Notes: generated by a model from the letters alone, not told the origin. A stretch of DNA of 63,789 nt, filler included, from 7 parts of 7 records of this genome joined end to end with filler, not necessarily neighbours in it, one strand, 5' to 3'. Counted from the whole stretch's first letter, positions 20,151-31,786 are shown. Program-made: numbers and translations.

Positions 20151-23100
20151 TTACCATTTGGGCTTATAGGGTGCCATATTAGGACCTGGGCTTGCTATAT
20201 AGTTTAATCCTGTTGAAACTCCACCAGATAAACTTCCACCTACAAGAGCAGAATTTACTGCTGATGCTCCACCTTTGAAAGCTGCCGCACCTGTACCACC
20301 GCCTATTGCTCCAGATAATCCGCTAATGACAAGAGAGGTAATGTCAATATCTCTACATGGATTTGAACGACGCTGTATTAAATAATCAGTCCCAAGGCCA
20401 ATTGTTGCACCTATTGCAGAGTTTGCAATAAGTGAGGTGCCAAATGACACGCCTGCAAGCGCTCCGACACCAGCTCCATACATAGCACCTTGTAATACAT
20501 CGCCATTGTTGAATAACGCATTGACAGCTCCTATTGCTCCCCCAATTGCTGCACCAACCCCAGTGGCTCCAAAATTAATAAACTCACCAGTTGGATCTAT
20601 AAAATTAATCGGATCATTTAGACAATAGCCATACAGATCAGTATCCCCGCCGTCAAAAAGCAGCGGATCCTTGGCCGTCCATCGCCCTGTTTCAGGGTCA
20701 TAATCCCGGAACCCGAACCGGACCAGGCCGGTATCCGTATCGTACAGGCCCCCGGCAAATCCGAACGGGACGGCAAGGCCGGGGTTGCTGTCAGAAATCA
20801 CCGAACCAAAGGTGTCGTATTCTATCTGCTTTATAACATTGCCCAAGGTGTCGACAACCGCCTTCAGGGTCCCGGCCTGATCCCAGGCAAGATAATAGGT
20901 GGTGTTGCTTTTGACCATGGCAACGGGCATGCGGCCGTCTGCGTATTCAAACCGCATAACCAGGTTGTCGGCTCCGTCATATACGGCAAGCAGGCGGGTC
21001 CGTCCCTGCCAGAGGTATTTTTCCGTGATAATGCCGTTGACCTTTTTGGCGATTCTTCGGCCTGAGGGATCACGGACGTACTCTATGATTTTATCGTCAG
21101 GCAGTGTGACTTGTTTGAGTTCGCCCCGGACCGAGTATATATATTCCGTGGTGTCGGGTGCTGTGCCAGGCGGTACGGAGTTATCTGTTTTTCTGAGAAG
21201 AAAGCCGTCAGGGTCGTACTCATAGGATATGTCTCCTGCAGTGAGGAGATGGTCTTCCTCAGAATATGTATAAACCTTATTAAGGATGTTTCGTAGTACA
21301 TTGGTTTCAGAAACCCGGGTGCCGTTGGGCCCGTATTGATAAGACTCCGTAAGGGTGCCGTTTCGGATGACAGTCAACAGCCGTCCCATGGCATCATAGG
21401 TATAGTCATATTGGGTCGAGACTCCGGCCAGGGTTTCGGTTTTCCGGGTGATCCGGCCAGTCTTGTCCCGTTCCAGGTTCCAGGAAATCAGGTCATCGGC
21501 TCCCACGGTCCGGGTAAGGGATTCTATCTCGGCAAATCCGTTATACTCTCTGGCAACGAACAATGCACCCCCTGACAGGGAGACGGCAAGGCCGTTACCA
21601 GGGTGCCTGGTGATTGTATAATTACCGGCACCGGTGAGGAGACCGTCATTGTCCCAGGTGTAATGTACGGTATCACCGGCATAGGTAAAGGATGCCAGGT
21701 TAAAATCATTATTCCATGCATAGGACAGGGTCTGGTTCAGGGAGCCGGCAAAGGTTTCCGATGTAACCAGGTGTGCATCATATCCATAGGAAAGGGTTTC
21801 TCCATCCTTGGCAAGGCTGCCGATCTTTGATCCACAAAGATATGTGTATTCAATGGGGCCGTCCGGGGTCAGGGTCGACCCGAGGCGGTCCAGGCCGGCC
21901 TCATAGATATTTTCTATCACCTTACCTGACGGAAAAACAGTCTTTATGTGTCTGCGGTCCCTATCAAACTCAAAGGCATACCCACCGCTCAGGGGTGGGG
22001 AATATCCGGTATTCAGATTGACCTTATTGTAGCTGAATGAATGATCAGAGGGAGTAGGGGTGGTCAAAACCTTGAGGTTGTCATTGGCATCATAGGAAAA
22101 AAATACACCTGTGTTGTCCGGCCAACTGATCTGTGTAGTTCTGCCCTTTGGGTCTTGGAAAAATGTGGTTTCATTATTTTTCGGATCTATAATTTTATGA
22201 ATAAACCCCTGGGTATTGTACTGAATCTTTGTTTGTCTCCCACCTGTTTCTGACATTGTCAACCGTCCCTTGGCATCGTATTGGAAATCAGTGTCCAAAA
22301 GGCCCGGGATTCTTACGGTTAAAGGCAACAAGGTGTCAGGATTGTAAATAATGTCGGTTGTTCTGCCTTCAGGACTGGTTATGTTTTTTTTACTTTGGGT
22401 GACATCGTGCTCATATTCTATTGTCTTGTCGTTTACAGACCTGGTTTCAAGGATGCGGTAATTGTTCCCTTCACTGATAGTGCTGTAGTTTCTCACTATG
22501 TTTGTGATCCGTGTCAGCCCTGAAGGTGTGGCCTCTGTGGATTGAGTTAAATATTTATAGTTGAATTTTGGATCTATACCGTATTGGAATGTCATTTGCA
22601 GTCCACAGGCATCGGTCTTTTCTGAGGTCAGGCCTGATGCGTCATATAAGGTCTGGCCGCCTGACTCATCCGTAATCACAGAGGAGTAGGCGCCTGCAGC
22701 ATCTGTAAAATCCTTATAGGTCCGCTGGTTTCCCTCTCCTGTAGTGACCTGCGTCAGGATGGAATCATCAGTCGGGTATTCCCGGTTGTAAACCCAATGC
22801 CCTCCGTTTTCATCCCGGATTTCTTTAATTTTGCCGGTTTCTGAAAAGGTATGAAAAAATCTGTTTCCGCCAGGATCCGTCTCGGTTTCCATCTGCCCTT
22901 TTGAGTTGTACTGAAAATCATAGTGGGAACCGTCCGGAAAGGCTATCCGGATCAGGCGGTTGTTATGATCAATGGTAAGTTCGGTTCTCAGGCCTTCTGG
23001 TGAGATAATGGCCGTGGGTATCTGTTCAGGGTTCCGTTCAATCCTGGTGGTATTGCCGAAGGTATCTGTAACGGATGCCAAGGCCTTTGGCTGGGCATCT

Positions 23101-26100
23101 GTATAGCTGAAATTTAATATTGTTTTTCCTGTTTCAAGCTCAATGGTTTTTGAATGTAATCCAAGGTCGTTCACGACATGACCTTGCCCGCTTGCCTCAC
23201 TGAATACATGGGCTTTTTCCGTTTCCAGATACGTATAAGGGAGTAATGGGCCTATTTTACCGATGAGGTTTTGCTGTGAAAAAACTACATAAACAAGACC
23301 TGGCTCATTGACGGCTATATCAGAATAATCCGTTAAAAACTCAGGGGCAACCGGAAAGGTCCCCTCCGTCATATGAGAGTATCCGCCCTGTCCTGAAATG
23401 GTTGTAATGATACCATTTGTATTGATTTTGCGCAGACATCTATTTCCTCGGTCTGAAACGTAAATATTACCTTCTACATCCAGGTCTATTTTGTTAGGAT
23501 ATTTAAACCGGGCTTGGACGGCAGGGCCTCCATCGCCTGAATATCCAGATTCTCCTGTCCCTGCAACAGTGGTTATGACACCGTCAATACTAATCTTCCG
23601 TACAACATGGTTGTTGCGGTCTGCAATATAAATATTTCCCTGCCTGTCCGATTTCACATCTGTTGGCTCGTTCAGACGGGCCTGTTTAGAAGGTCCGCCG
23701 TCTCCTGAATATCCCGAAGAACCGATTCCGGCAATGGTTGTAATAATACCTGAGGGATCCACCATTCTGATCCGGTGATGACGTGTGTCGGCAATGAACA
23801 GGCTGCAGTCATTGTTTAGTAAAATGCCGGACGGTCGTGATAATTGGACAGCGTCACTGGTTGCAGGTTCATTATCCCCAAGAGGTCCTCCAAATGACCC
23901 GGCCACTGTTGACAACATACCATTTTTATCAATCCTTCGTATAAAACCTACCCCGTGCTCTGCTTCAACATCAGTAAAGAACACATTACCCTTATTGTCG
24001 GTCGCCACAGCAACCGGCCCCCACATGGGAACATCTGTTGCAACGACCTCTTTTGCAGTGCTGCTACCGTCCGGGTTGTTCATGAACGGGTCACCAAAAC
24101 TCCCGTTTCCCGCGATAGTAGTCACAACCCCTTGGGTATCAATTTTTCGAATTCTTAGGTTGAATTTATCTGCTATAAAAGTATTGCCGGCAGCGTCAAC
24201 CGCAATTCCCGCTGGATAATTGAAGTCTGCCTGGACGGCCGGGCCATCATCCCCAGAAAAACCGCTATTGCCTGTTCCGCCAACCGGCTCAATCAGGTTA
24301 AAATTATCGATTCTCATGTATTTGTATTCCGAAACAAAACTGCTGACATTACTTCCGTTTCCTTTAAAGAGAACAGTTGGATCTATGGTGCTTATAAAAG
24401 AATGATTGGTCAGGGTCCAGCCTTCTGCAATAGTGGGATTATATCTTTCTGGATTTACTATAGGTGGATTTATCGTGATATTATAAGTTTGCATTTTTTC
24501 TAAGTTTAATCTCGCTTCAACCCTTGTGGCATATTCCGGATACTTTGCAAACCATTTCAGAAAGAGATCTTGAAAGGCCCCGTAATGACCTTTATACAAA
24601 TAATACACCCATATTCTCACTTGAACCGGAGTTATTATTTTCTTTCCCTGAAAATCAAGCCCGTTCCAGAAAAACGGAAAGTATAGATTGGGCAGCGCAT
24701 CAAATGAGTATGTATACTCTTTCCCGGCGATTTCTATCACCAACCGGATTCCTTCAAGGCTCTCTGGAATGGTATCGCCTGATACCGGTATGTTTATCTG
24801 TGTAAAATTGCTTGACAGATTGCTCGTTGAATAATGGAGGCTAAAGTTCGTACCAGGTATTGAAATGCTTTCGTGGAAAATTCGACTCCGTTCGTCTACA
24901 TATGAATTAAATGCTTTCTTACAATCCCTGTTTTCCTCCAATGGCCTATCTATATAAGGAAGAAGGTTGGGATCCGGGTGTCTTACATCTGCTGGAAATA
25001 TAACAGGGGCATTTATATCCCAGGGAGAAAAATGGTCGACTTCAAACCACCACATGTTAATCCCTGGCGGATAATCCTCTGGGTTTTCCAGGCCTGCTGC
25101 TTCGTCGTGGACAGATCCGCTTTGGTTCAAATCATCGGGTTGGCTGTCTCCGTCCGCATCCATTGCGTCTGTTATGCCGTCGGCATCTGTATCCAGAAGT
25201 TTAACCACCCTGGCATTTTTCTTAGGAATCCAACAACCACAATCACGATCATAAAATCCCACAGGGATAATAGTACCGACTTCAAATCCGAGAAAATTTT
25301 CCAGTAAAGCGGTTACTGGCTTTTCAAATGCCACCTTCGTGGCCCCGTCCACGGAAAACTCGGCACAATAGGTGAACGCGGATGTGGGCGGCAAGGCGGC
25401 CGGCATGGACTCCGGGGTAGGGTATTCGGATACACGGACGTCAATACTGTCCAGGGTGAGGACCTTATTTCCATTCTTATCCATGGCATAAGCCCGATTA
25501 TCTCCAGTTGTGACAAGCGTGACTGAACGGGTGCCGGCGCTTGTGGTGACCGGGCTGCTTCTATGGGTGAGTATGGTGTCGGGATTGCCGTCAAAGGTAA
25601 ACTTTGTAGATATGGTATCTTCCGGGATCATCTGAACTGTATCCAGAACGCCAAAATCATTCCAGGGGACATAAATTTTGCGCTGTAGGGGAATCAGCCC
25701 CTCTTTATGATATGACACTGCCAGGGTCCGTCCACCGTTACCAGGGATGGCAAACCTTCCCTCCGCATCGGTTTGAGCTGAGCCGTATTCAGGGTGGCCA
25801 AGCACTGTAATAGTTACACCAGGCACCGGGAGCCCGCCCTCTTTTGTTACAAGCCCGGTCATCAGGGCGAAGCGTTTAGGATCATAGGCTGCAAGGGTTG
25901 CATCATCCGGGATCCATTCACGGTACGCGTCTCCAAAAGAGCCCTTGGGCGGGGCCTGGGGCGAGCCAAGCACCTTTATATTTGCTTCAGCCCCGGCAAC
26001 ACCCGCCGGGCCTTTAACTGTGATGGCATAGACCGTTGTATGCCCGGGTGAAACCTGGATATTGCCGCTGGGCGGCACATTGCCGATATCCGGTTCAATA

Positions 26101-26657
26101 AAGGCGGCATCTGCATTGGACGATGTCCAGGATAGGGTTGCCTGTTCCCCGGGATTGATCTGAGTCAGAGACGCGATCAGACTGACTTCAGGCTGTAAGC
26201 CAGGGGCATTATCTGAATATTCCAGGATGCTAAAATGGAACCTGCGCCTGTAGGGATTGCCGAACACCCATTTTTTACTCTGGGTTATTTCGCCAGGGCC
26301 AAGGGTTTGCCCTGGGATACCATACTCAAAATAGGGATTGCCCTCATTTGTGATTCCGTCGGAATTTTCAACGGTCACAAGATTATCGGTGATCCCTCCG
26401 ATAACAACACGAATCGGCATTTGAAGAGGACTTTGGGACAAGTTTTTCACAGCGGCGTTGAGAAAATTTTTATTGTTAAACCGATCAAAGTAAAGTCTAC
26501 TGCGTACCAGTTCCACCTTGTCGTCTGGCAAAGTGGCTGAATAGGCTTTTGGGGTATAACCCATCCCTATACAGGATAATGCCTGAAAAAAGAAACAGAT
26601 GAATAATATCTTGAAAAAAAAATACTTTAAGGATGATTTTTTTGGAATATTCATCAT
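20151..26657 (-). CDS. Teneurin-like RHS/YD-repeat protein with NHL beta-propeller and variable C-terminal domain
   Basis: 2168 aa. Signal-like N-terminus; carboxypeptidase-regulatory-like domain (GLPVPGVTITV..TDAEGRF); NHL repeats (GYSGDGGPA..F.YP.GIAVD); YD repeats; RHS core PFGFAGGLYDTDTGLVRFGFRDYDPETGRW..DP and YCLNDPINFIDPTG; Gly/Ala-rich tail. Confidence 0.9.
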   Translation of the reverse strand: MMNIPKKSSLKYFFFKILFICFFFQALSCIGMGYTPKAYSATLPDDKVELVRSRLYFDRFNNKNFLNAAVKNLSQSPLQMPIRVVIGGITDNLVTVENSDGITNEGNPYFEYGIPGQTLGPGEITQSKKWVFGNPYRRRFHFSILEYSDNAPGLQPEVSLIASLTQINPGEQATLSWTSSNADAAFIEPDIGNVPPSGNIQVSPGHTTVYAITVKGPAGVAGAEANIKVLGSPQAPPKGSFGDAYREWIPDDATLAAYDPKRFALMTGLVTKEGGLPVPGVTITVLGHPEYGSAQTDAEGRFAIPGNGGRTLAVSYHKEGLIPLQRKIYVPWNDFGVLDTVQMIPEDTISTKFTFDGNPDTILTHRSSPVTTSAGTRSVTLVTTGDNRAYAMDKNGNKVLTLDSIDVRVSEYPTPESMPAALPPTSAFTYCAEFSVDGATKVAFEKPVTALLENFLGFEVGTIIPVGFYDRDCGCWIPKKNARVVKLLDTDADGITDAMDADGDSQPDDLNQSGSVHDEAAGLENPEDYPPGINMWWFEVDHFSPWDINAPVIFPADVRHPDPNLLPYIDRPLEENRDCKKAFNSYVDERSRIFHESISIPGTNFSLHYSTSNLSSNFTQINIPVSGDTIPESLEGIRLVIEIAGKEYTYSFDALPNLYFPFFWNGLDFQGKKIITPVQVRIWVYYLYKGHYGAFQDLFLKWFAKYPEYATRVEARLNLEKMQTYNITINPPIVNPERYNPTIAEGWTLTNHSFISTIDPTVLFKGNGSNVSSFVSEYKYMRIDNFNLIEPVGGTGNSGFSGDDGPAVQADFNYPAGIAVDAAGNTFIADKFNLRIRKIDTQGVVTTIAGNGSFGDPFMNNPDGSSTAKEVVATDVPMWGPVAVATDNKGNVFFTDVEAEHGVGFIRRIDKNGMLSTVAGSFGGPLGDNEPATSDAVQLSRPSGILLNNDCSLFIADTRHHRIRMVDPSGIITTIAGIGSSGYSGDGGPSKQARLNEPTDVKSDRQGNIYIADRNNHVVRKISIDGVITTVAGTGESGYSGDGGPAVQARFKYPNKIDLDVEGNIYVSDRGNRCLRKINTNGIITTISGQGGYSHMTEGTFPVAPEFLTDYSDIAVNEPGLVYVVFSQQNLIGKIGPLLPYTYLETEKAHVFSEASGQGHVVNDLGLHSKTIELETGKTILNFSYTDAQPKALASVTDTFGNTTRIERNPEQIPTAIISPEGLRTELTIDHNNRLIRIAFPDGSHYDFQYNSKGQMETETDPGGNRFFHTFSETGKIKEIRDENGGHWVYNREYPTDDSILTQVTTGEGNQRTYKDFTDAAGAYSSVITDESGGQTLYDASGLTSEKTDACGLQMTFQYGIDPKFNYKYLTQSTEATPSGLTRITNIVRNYSTISEGNNYRILETRSVNDKTIEYEHDVTQSKKNITSPEGRTTDIIYNPDTLLPLTVRIPGLLDTDFQYDAKGRLTMSETGGRQTKIQYNTQGFIHKIIDPKNNETTFFQDPKGRTTQISWPDNTGVFFSYDANDNLKVLTTPTPSDHSFSYNKVNLNTGYSPPLSGGYAFEFDRDRRHIKTVFPSGKVIENIYEAGLDRLGSTLTPDGPIEYTYLCGSKIGSLAKDGETLSYGYDAHLVTSETFAGSLNQTLSYAWNNDFNLASFTYAGDTVHYTWDNDGLLTGAGNYTITRHPGNGLAVSLSGGALFVAREYNGFAEIESLTRTVGADDLISWNLERDKTGRITRKTETLAGVSTQYDYTYDAMGRLLTVIRNGTLTESYQYGPNGTRVSETNVLRNILNKVYTYSEEDHLLTAGDISYEYDPDGFLLRKTDNSVPPGTAPDTTEYIYSVRGELKQVTLPDDKIIEYVRDPSGRRIAKKVNGIITEKYLWQGRTRLLAVYDGADNLVMRFEYADGRMPVAMVKSNTTYYLAWDQAGTLKAVVDTLGNVIKQIEYDTFGSVISDSNPGLAVPFGFAGGLYDTDTGLVRFGFRDYDPETGRWTAKDPLLFDGGDTDLYGYCLNDPINFIDPTGEFINFGATGVGAAIGGAIGAVNALFNNGDVLQGAMYGAGVGALAGVSFGTSLIANSAIGATIGLGTDYLIQRRSNPCRDIDITSLVISGLSGAIGGGTGAAAFKGGASAVNSALVGGSLSGGVSTGLNYIASPGPNMAPYKPKW

Positions 26658-26750
26658 AATGCTTCCTCATGGCATTCTGCAAATCATGATAATAAAAATA
26701 GGTTAAATCGTGGTTTCCATATTTTCGTCAGACATAGGCTATTTAATCTG

Positions 26751-27329
26751 TCAAGATGCTTTTTTACTTTTTCTGGCAATTCCTACACCCGTTATTAATC
26801 CCGCACCCAAGAGGAACAAAGTTTCCGGTTCGGGGATGGGGGCTGTAACAAATTTAATATTTGATAAATGAGCGGCAGAGCTTATAAAAGGATATTGGTC
26901 ATCATATTCTAATCCAAAGGTTAACGCCACGGTCAACCCCTGAAACGATGTCAGGTCAACCGATCCAATTCCGCTTATCACTGGTGTGCTGGTTGAAAAC
27001 AGGATGTCAGAATTCTCTATAATACTATCCGTATCAACGGTAATAACCAACCAATCCAAATCGTTTGCCCCTGTAATCAGGTTGTAAACGAAAGTCAAAG
27101 CTATGGCATCGCCTGGTACCTGGAAGGTGTCATCATAGGCATAGGTCACCCAATCGGATTCGTTAAGATCAATGGTGCCTACCCTCGGATCAATACTGAC
27201 ATCAGCTGTGGGGTCTCCTTGAAAGAAACTCAGATCCAAGGGGGTAGACCAAACTGAAAAACAAAATAAAAAGGAAAGGACAAATAAAAGTACACTGAAG
27301 ATTTTTATAAAGACTCCATTACGACACAT
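26751..27329 (-). CDS. PEP-CTERM sorting domain protein
   Basis: Signal peptide; C-terminal PIPEPETLFLLGAGL, TM helix and basic tail; GGAGG RBS. Confidence 0.88.
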   Translation of the reverse strand: MCRNGVFIKIFSVLLFVLSFLFCFSVWSTPLDLSFFQGDPTADVSIDPRVGTIDLNESDWVTYAYDDTFQVPGDAIALTFVYNLITGANDLDWLVITVDTDSIIENSDILFSTSTPVISGIGSVDLTSFQGLTVALTFGLEYDDQYPFISSAAHLSNIKFVTAPIPEPETLFLLGAGLITGVGIARKSKKAS

Positions 27330-27753
27330 GATTGTCCTCCGGGTCTTGTAATGTTGATTTTGTGATGTTCGCTCGAAAATTGGAATAAAAAAAGTTTACT
27401 GAAAGCAGAATCTTAACAAACTGAAAATAGATACTAAATTATATAGCCGATTGGATTTGATTAATCAATGCTTTTAAATGTCTTTTCAAGCCTTTGTGTA
27501 TTTTGATCGCGATGGTTTTTGAAATCATATTGCCGCTTTAAATCATAACCAGTTCCCCGGTGAAACGAATCTTTGAAGGTTGTTCGACATGGCCGCCTTT
27601 CCTTTTCTTTCCTAAGGTCGGTGGGGATTAATGCTTTACCCTAATCCATACCAATTCTATCATATCCGGCAAGGTTGAGGCAGGAACCAAATAGTTTTTC
27701 TGATAAAGGATGAAAAAAAAGTAGGCCCTGAGGGAAAAAGGATAAAATAGGCC

Positions 27754-29947
27754 TTAAAAATTGCCGACAGTCATCTGATAGGAGGTCCGCTCATCAGTGC
27801 CATCATCGCTTCTGAAAAGGATTTCCGTGATCCTGGCATGGTGGATGGTTTTATCCACAGTATAGTCGCTGTGCTTTCCCATGACCACGGTCCCCGGTAA
27901 TATGGCCCCATCCACGATAATCTGGGCTTTTCCAGGGTTTTCCTTGGCCCACCGGGTCAGATTGTTTCTTTCCTGGAGTAAAAGGTTCTCTTTTTCCTTG
28001 AGCTTGCCGATGTCCCAATCCGCTTTTTTAATCACCGCTTCAAGGGCCTCACATTGTTCAAAACAATGATCAAGGCCATTCTCGGCATTTTCAGCAGCGG
28101 CTTCCAATTCTTCAAGCTGCTGTTTCAGATCCTCAGCCGCGTCCCCCTGGGATGCGCTGGCCAGGGCCTCTTCCAACTCCCGCTGTTCCAGCTGTGCCCT
28201 GTCCTGGACATGGGCCAATTGACTGATTTCCTTTTGAAGATCGTCATACTTCTCCCGGGTGGTCTCCTTTTTCTCCTCTATTTTCAGGATCCGTTCCCTT
28301 ATCCCGGCCACCAGGGACTTGTTCTTTTTCAGCTCCCTCTGGGTAAAGGCATCATGCCCCACCTTGATTACGGATGAAGAGGCCACTTCCGTACCGATAT
28401 TCCGGGCCGAAAGCCCCATCTTGGCAGAAATTTTGGATGAAATCAGTTTACCATTGATGATGGCGCAGGCCCCTGAGGACTCGATGGTGGAATCCACAAT
28501 TTCCTTTTGCACCACCACATCCCCCATGCAGACGATCTGTGATTTATGGACGAATTTGGCATAAACATTCCCCCGGGCGTAGATCTTCCCCTCGTTGATG
28601 CCCCCGGCCACCCTCAGGTCCCCTTCAGCCTCCACGATCCCCCCGTCCAGTTCCACGGTGGTCACATTGTTTCCCCGGACCTTAAAACCCGACTTAATAC
28701 ACCCCTTGATGTTCACATTCCCGTCGAATTCAATATGCCCGGTTTCAAAATCCACATCCCCCCCGGCGGTGTATTCCTCGTGGACAAAGATGACCCCGCC
28801 CAGGGAATATTTGGGATAGCCCCTGACCCCGGCAAGAATCTTAAGCCCGTCCTCTGAAAGCACGGCGCCCTTACCGAACCGCAGGGCCTGATCTTCCCCT
28901 TTTTCGGCAACCACTTCCTCCCCGAAAATATTCTGGCCCCACCGGGCCTCCACCCTGGGGGTTTTTTCCGCCAATACCGTACCTTTTTCAACCAGGGGAA
29001 TCTCCCCGCGCTCCTTAAAATCGATATTGCCGTTATCATCCATGCCCCCGGCCTTAAGGTAATCGGTGTTAAAAAAGAACTCGACCTTGGCGTCCTGACC
29101 CTGGATGGCCCGGACCCCCTTGGCCACCCGGAAGGCCTGGGTCTTAAATCCGGAAGACTTGATAAACCCGTCTATCATCTCATCGGCCATGACCCCCGAA
29201 ATGATCCCCCTTTCAAACAGATCATCCTTAATGTCCGAAGCCAGGACATCTTCGTCAAATGCATCTGTTTTGGATAAAAAGGCTGACATATAATCACCGG
29301 ACACCTGGAGCTGCACCCCCAACAATGATTTCAGGCGCCTGCATGGCAGGCGGTTTCTCTTCCTCGTCTTCTTTCCCGCCAGGCCTTTCCTTTGGGGCTT
29401 CTTCCCCCTCGGAATCCGGGGGTTTCACTTCTTTTTTAGCCGGTGTTCCACCCTCCCTGGCCGGTTTTTGACTTTGGGGCACAGGCTTTGCGCTTTTAGA
29501 CACAGGCTTTGCGGCAGATTCGCTGCGGAGCCGGTTCTGGAGTTTGAGAATATAATCCCGCTGCTTATTGGTGATCATGCCCGCTTCCACCATCATATCC
29601 CCGATGAGCCGGGGTTTTTTGCGGTTTTTAAGGTCTTCCTCCTGATCCTCCAATGCCAGGTCCAGCACGCTTTTATTGATATACCCCTTGGCCAGGGCAA
29701 TGGCGCCGAACTGGTACTCTTTCTGGCGGATGGAAATGGCCTTGGCGGCCAGAGAGAGACGCTGGATATTCTTCCCTGAAATCAATTCCCGGGACAGAAA
29801 ATACTCCTTAAGGGCGACCTCCGGATGTTTTGCGCCTTTGCAGTGTGTAAGGGCTGCCTCAAGCTCATTCTTGGTCACCAATTGGTTTTTAAGGGCCAGG
29901 ACCCCGATCAGGGGGATGTTATTCTTTTTTTTAGACCCGTCTGCCAT
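27754..29947 (-). CDS. FapA/DUF342 family protein with N-terminal extension; frameshift at G5 run (plus-strand C 29316-29320)
   Basis: 27754-29325 has DUF342 motifs (IDFKERG, GDVDFETGHIEFDGNVNIKG, coiled coil). 29294-29947 overlaps it and joins in frame if the homopolymer length is corrected. Confidence 0.78.
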
Positions 29948-30160
29948 GGTACCTCCAAAGGATTCAGATTAGATCACGGCCGCCAACACTCCTGCCAGTA
30001 AAAAAGAGGATTCAAACATCAGCTCGTATGGACTGCCGGATAGACACCGGTCTTCCCGGTACAATCGGGTTAATAAAAACATGCAAACAGGGATTAAAGC
30101 AAGCCAGAACCCTGTTCCCGTGAGGAAAAACCCGCAAACAGGCATGGCCATGGCACCCCC

Positions 30161-30260
30161 NNNNNNNNNNNNNNNNNNNNNNNNNNNNNNNNNNNNNNNN
30201 NNNNTTAATTAATTAANNNNNNNNNNNNNNNNNNNNNNNNNNNNNNNNNNNNNNNNNNNN
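30161..30260. other. Artificial contig linker
   Basis: 100-nt N run containing TTAATTAATTAA. Confidence 0.99.
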
Positions 30261-31726
30261 GAATGGGACATTTGGGCAATTGTTGCATAGAAGAACATGA
30301 TGAAAACAAGTGCAATAAAAAGAAAAACACCATGCCTTTTTATTTTATAATTAACCACATCACTTATCCTATCCGGTTGCAGCATTGGTTTTGATGGTCG
30401 AATGACAAGCCATGCAGAAAGTAAGACAGCGGAAAGAAAAAAGGACCCTTCCACAACAAGTCTGTTCTCATTAAATTGAATGAGAGAACCAAACTGATCT
30501 CCAATCACAAGCCACCACAAAAATAGCAAAAACAGCAAACCACCACGGCCTTCTGCAGATTCAGGTATCAAAGAAATAGAATTATTTTTTAAGCGAATAA
30601 TAAGAGTTAGCACGATAATGGCAATAAACACATAGGCCAAATTAAACCAAAATTCAGGTGACAGTCCGAAATAAACTGTGATCAAATCCTTTTCAACCCA
30701 GCGTCCCACATTTCGTTGAAAATTGATAAACGTCACAACAATCAAAACAAAAAAGAGCGCAAATACATTCGCCCAATCATGAATCCTTGCATCCTCATCA
30801 CATTTTGGAGTAACATGACGCAGACGCATAAAACCAATACCCATGCCAATCCCTGCAAAGAGGCCAAAAGTTTGCTCCATGATTTTCCACCAATCTATAC
30901 TAATTCCTGTGGCTGTGCCAAGGACAGCAAAAAGTTGACCGGTAGAAAAACCAAGTCCTGAAAATAGTCCAACTGTCAATGAGGCGTAAAGTGCGGCCCA
31001 TTTTTTTCTCCGAATTAAAAATACAATAAGGCCCAATAACACACCAAGAGCACCTGCCCAGTTATCACTTCTCGGCGGGGACAAATGCCAGCCCAGGATA
31101 GAGACAAAAAGACAAACACCGATTAACCAACCAATCGTCAAATGTAAAAAGAATGATATGGCATTCGTAATTCTCCTTTTAAGCGCTATGGTCAAAGTCA
31201 ATGCCAACAGGGCTCCGACAGCGGCTATCCAGTCCGTATCAAAATAATTGAGGACATCAGGTTCAGTTTCACCATAGAAGCGGATTTGAAGAAAATCCAC
31301 AATAACCCAGACCAGGAGGATCATAAGAAATGGAAAGACCATCTCTTTTATTTTATCCCGGGGTAACAAGATCACGAGCGCCAATACACCGGCACCAATC
31401 CCACCCCAAATGAGTCCTTCTAAAAAAAGAGCCCCAAATCCATATACAAGCGTCGTAAAATCCAGAGATCTCGTATAGCCAATAATAATACCATAACTCA
31501 TTTGCCCACCGAATGCCCATCCAAGTGCGCCAAAGAGACCAAAATAGGCAAAACGACTGTGCCAGTCCTTACGTCCGGAAACCAGGCAAACAGCCAGTGC
31601 ACCGAGGACACCGGGTATCATAGCCCCATACTCATGACCATAATTACCCCGGATTCCCCACCCTAACGACATTGCAAGACCAACAAAGAGAATATCTTTT
31701 AGCGGAAGATTTTTCACTTTTTCCAT
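30261..31726 (-). CDS. Polytopic membrane protein of unknown function, 3'-truncated
   Basis: Many hydrophobic helices; Gly-rich motifs SLGWGIRGNYGHEYGAM, WAFGGQMSYG and PPRSDNWAG. Confidence 0.8.
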
Positions 31727-31786
31727 GTATTCCTTCTCGAATGATGTATCATAATTCCAGTCACATTTTTATTAAAAATATTTTTC

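Noticed and set aside
29969-30151. 60-aa hydrophobic ORF upstream of the FapA-like gene
   Set aside because: At a contig edge with no motif; cannot be supported as a gene.
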